Shown here one piece after another: positions 62,046 through 64,000 of a stretch of DNA of 64,000 bases. Positions within the stretch are counted from its first letter, which is position 1. Each line of letters starts with the position of its first letter. The notes under the pieces are model-generated. The model searched no databases and was not told the origin of the DNA. It saw only the letters and a list, made by a program, of their open reading frames with translations. Origin of the DNA: Eledone cirrhosa. Lineage: Eukaryota. The stretch spans positions 8,556,001 through 8,620,000 of the forward strand of contig OZ024762.1 of assembly GCA_964016885.1 (NCBI GenBank), written 5' to 3'. Both the position numbers and the translations under genes were made by a program.

Positions 62046-64000
62046 CCTGTGTGAGATGCACAATGTTGCATGGTAGTGAGACATGGGCAGCAACTGCAGA
62101 GGATATGCGAAGGCTGAAGAGAAATGAAGTAAGCATGCTCCATTGGATTTGCAATGTCAATGTGCGTGAAAGACCAAGTATGGACGAGTTGAGAGTGAAA
62201 CTCTATAAGAAGGATAAACTGCAGTGTGCGGGAGAAAAGACTGCGTTGGTATGGCCATGCGATGCGTATGCAGGATTACCGCAGGGTGAAGAAGTGCCAA
62301 GTAATCCCAGTGGGAGGAATATGCAGTAGAGGAAGACCAAGGAAGATATGGGCAGAGGTAGTGAGAGCTGACCTCAGATCGTTGAAGCTCAGAGGAGATG
62401 GTGAAGGAGAGATGCTGCGCTGAAGAGGATCTGTCCCACCCTTATAAGCAGGGAAAAGTGGATGATATATATATATATATGAGGATGATATATATATATA
62501 TATGTCCCACCCTTGCAAACAGGGAAAAGCAGATGTAAAATGAAAATGATGATATATATATAGATAGATAGATAGATATGTATATATATATATATATATG
62601 TGATGGTGGCTACAGGTGCCAAGAAGAAGAAGCCGGACAATCCTCTGATATTTGTTTATCTTCCTTTCCTTCGTGGGCCGTGGTACCCGGGTTTGTGGCC
62701 GAAGCGACCAGGTTGAAATCAGCCACCGGTGGTTGATATCACCAGGTTAGGAAACCCTGGTTTAGTCGCTCCAGTTATTACTTCGTTAGACATAGTCAGT
62801 AATTGAAATTAAAGCTTAAAGGTGTACTAAAGCCACAAACGTTTTTCTATCTATGAATTATTAGTGGTGTAAACAGATGAATTAAAGTCAAAGCTAACAA
62901 ATATATCACCAAGAAGAATATCTAAGGATTTCCAAAGTGTAAAGTCAGCTCAAGCCTGGAGACTTATCAAGCAGGTGCCTGTCCCAGTTCCTGTAGCGTA
63001 AAGAGACTGAGAGTACATGACTTCCCCCTGGACATGATATCAGTCCATCGCACGGTTAACCCCCCACCTATGTGAAATGAAGTTTTTGCTCAAGTAAAAC
63101 AACTAACAACACAGTCCAGGAATCGAATACACATATGATCGTAAGACCACGGGCCTCCACTATCGAAGGATCTACCCTTCATTAAAGAATAAATTAGACT
63201 TATGCTTACGTCGCCGACATAATTATGGTCGGAAAGGACATTACTGAAAAAAGAATGAACAACTAAAGGAAGACAACAGAAACGGTCCCTCCTATCTGAA
63301 ATATTAAGGAAGGAATCTACACAGAAGGGCCCATCTTCCTACCGAAATAATTATTTTAACAAGCCTACATCCTACTGAGCCCAAGAAAGGGGCCTCATAA
63401 CTAGAACAGGCCTCATTTGTCCTAAATACGGAGCTGACTTTACATATAATTATATATATGCATATGTATATATATAGTATGTGTGTATGTGTATGAAGAT
63501 GTATGACCCCTAGCAAGCCAAACTACAGTTACTCCCAAACATGGAGAGCAAATTAAAATATTACCTGTTAGAGACGAACGTGAAATGATTTGTTAGTGAA
63601 CTACCGGTGTAACAGTAATTATGTTACCGGTGTAACTATTTCTGTTTACCTTATTTTTAAATCACACTCCTATATTAGTTTAGTGACCTTTCAATTCAAA
63701 TAAATTCTTGATGATGAGTGAACTCGCATCGGAGTAGCCCAACGCCTTGGCCTCCGCGTGTGTGAGCCACATAAATGCTCTCAACGACATAATGAGAAGA
63801 AGCCTAGACGCAGCTGACTTTCCATCTCAACAGGAGCCAGCAGGCCTAGGCCGCGGAGATGGCAAGCACCCCGAGGGAATCACCCTCTTCCCATTCGAAG
63901 GAGGTAGATCCACAAACCCCAGCATCGCTGCCCGTCTCGCAGATGAACATAAAATAAACAAATTCCGGTGTTTGTCCTGGAGCCTCTTCTATACGCACCA

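Larger units (their letters stand above)
47030..64000. repeat. Recent tandem segmental duplication, unit 8204 bp, with an older partial copy at 43576-47015
   Basis: ORFs recur at exactly +8204 (48758/56962, 49547/57751, 51546/59750, 53847/62051, 55100/63304). Confidence 0.92.

Overview
AT-rich, repeat-dense animal genomic DNA. The SINE/RTE/microsatellite landscape suggests a mollusc, most likely an octopus (inference only). The one confident host gene is a complete 9-exon transaldolase (TALDO1/talB family) on the + strand, CDS 7246-25841, 990 nt, 329 aa, all introns GT-AG and in phase. The rest is transposon debris (RTE, CR1-like RT, CRE-like RLE fragments, Tc1/mariner fragments, piggyBac/Tc1/hAT-like MITEs, tRNA-derived SINEs, a decayed Helitron) and many mini/microsatellites. 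Larger structures are a 4.5 kb alternating purine-pyrimidine satellite inside a ~12 kb inverted-repeat structure (31.1-43.2 kb), and a recent ~8.2 kb tandem duplication running off the right end. The most striking unannotated signal is a set of short fold-back elements, mostly beside (TA)n tracts, that carry minimal type I hammerhead-ribozyme folds with a palindromic stem III, as in Penelope-like elements. One copy (24484-24554) has an intact catalytic core and lies on the sense strand of transaldolase intron 8, just downstream of its own antisense copy. The long ORFs in the ORF track at 35-40 kb are artefacts of the satellite.
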